Shown one piece after another: positions 63,386-64,000 of a DNA stretch of 64,000 nucleotides (its first letter is position 1; each line of letters starts with the position of its first letter). The stretch spans positions 32,001-96,000 of IMG/VR virus record IMGVR_UViG_3300012347_000452; one strand, written 5' to 3'. Under the pieces are notes generated by a model that was not told the DNA's origin, searched no databases, and saw nothing but the letters and a program-made list of their open reading frames with translations. The position numbers and the translations under genes were made by a program. This DNA is from a virus.

Positions 63386-64000
63386 TCAGTCGTCGGAATC
63401 CGATTCGTAGGCTTCGACGATCTCTTGAACCAAGCCGGAACGGACCACGTCCTTGCGCGAGAAGCCCACGCACTTGACGCTCGGGATGTGGGAGACCCGG
63501 CGGATGGCGTCCTCGAGTCCCGACGCCCCGTGAATGTCTTTCTGTCGGGTGTCCCCGTTCACGACGACCTTGCACTCGGCCCCGATGCGGGTGAGGAAGA
63601 GCTTCATCTGGTTCGGGGTGGTGTTCTGGGCTTCATCCAGGATCACGAAAGCCCGCTTGAAGGTGCGACCGCGCATGTAGGCGAGCGGGGCGGCCTCGAT
63701 GCGGCCCATCTTCATCAGGTACTCCACGTAGCTCTTTCCGAGCCGTTCATTGAGCACGTCGCGGAACGGTTGCAGGAACGGATCGAACTTGTCCTCGATC
63801 TCGCCAGGCAGAAAGCCCAGGGACTCGCCCGCTTCCACGGCCGGCCGGGTGATGATGATCTTGTCGATCACGCCTTCGGAGAGCGCCTGCGCGGCCAGTG
63901 CCCCGCATATCCACGTCTTGCCCGTACCAGCGGGGCCGGTGGCGAAGACGAGCTCGAAGGACTTGATCGCGCTGATGTAGCGTTTCTGGGAGTCGTTCAG
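63386..64000 (-). CDS. phoH: PhoH-family ATPase, 5'-truncated by the window
   Basis: GPAGTGKT, RPAVEAGE.LGFLPG, YMRGRT, DEAQN, LTRIG, VRS. Confidence 0.93.
   Translation of the reverse strand: MNDSQKRYISAIKSFELVFATGPAGTGKTWICGALAAQALSEGVIDKIIITRPAVEAGESLGFLPGEIEDKFDPFLQPFRDVLNERLGKSYVEYLMKMGRIEAAPLAYMRGRTFKRAFVILDEAQNTTPNQMKLFLTRIGAECKVVVNGDTRQKDIHGASGLEDAIRRVSHIPSVKCVGFSRKDVVRSGLVQEIVEAYESDSDD

Overview
This 64-kb window is part of a large GC-rich temperate phage or phage-plasmid. Its gene set resembles the SSU5/pHCM2-type phage-plasmids; the host cannot be determined from the sequence. No virion structural genes are present. Layout: (i) 1-3500, plus strand: SF2 helicase (partial), small ORFs and a SLOG protein. 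(ii) About 3500-8300: a compositionally odd, mostly non-coding block. It holds a 1.28-kb stretch with no GGA/GGC/TCC/GCC, several phased repeat arrays, and small genes packaged as promoter-hairpin-gene-terminator cassettes. It may be a genome end or first-entering region. (iii) 8300-31000: about 60 small minus-strand genes, including a DenV-like glycosylase, a DnaQ-like exonuclease, an HNH nuclease, a MazG-like protein, a P-loop kinase and ThyX. (iv) Three tRNA genes. (v) 31500-64000: a replication/recombination/nucleotide module (NrdJ, RuvC-like, SbcCD, RecA, 5'-3' exonuclease, SSB, DnaE-UDG fusion, sigma factor, MoxR/vWA pair, Gmk, ligase, primase, DnaB, Hfq, PhoH). It is interrupted by XRE/AlpA/tyrosine integrase and an intact attP matching a tRNA-Ser 3' end. 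Reading the intergenic DNA by eye shows three cis-regulatory layers: a GTCA-N4-TGAC palindrome (about 25 sites), a YCC-N13-(-10) promoter class (about 19 sites) and a covarying GAUUUU-loop leader hairpin (6 sites). Several unrelated proteins also share a C-terminal Trp tail. All product calls come from motif recognition without database searches, and all counts are manual.
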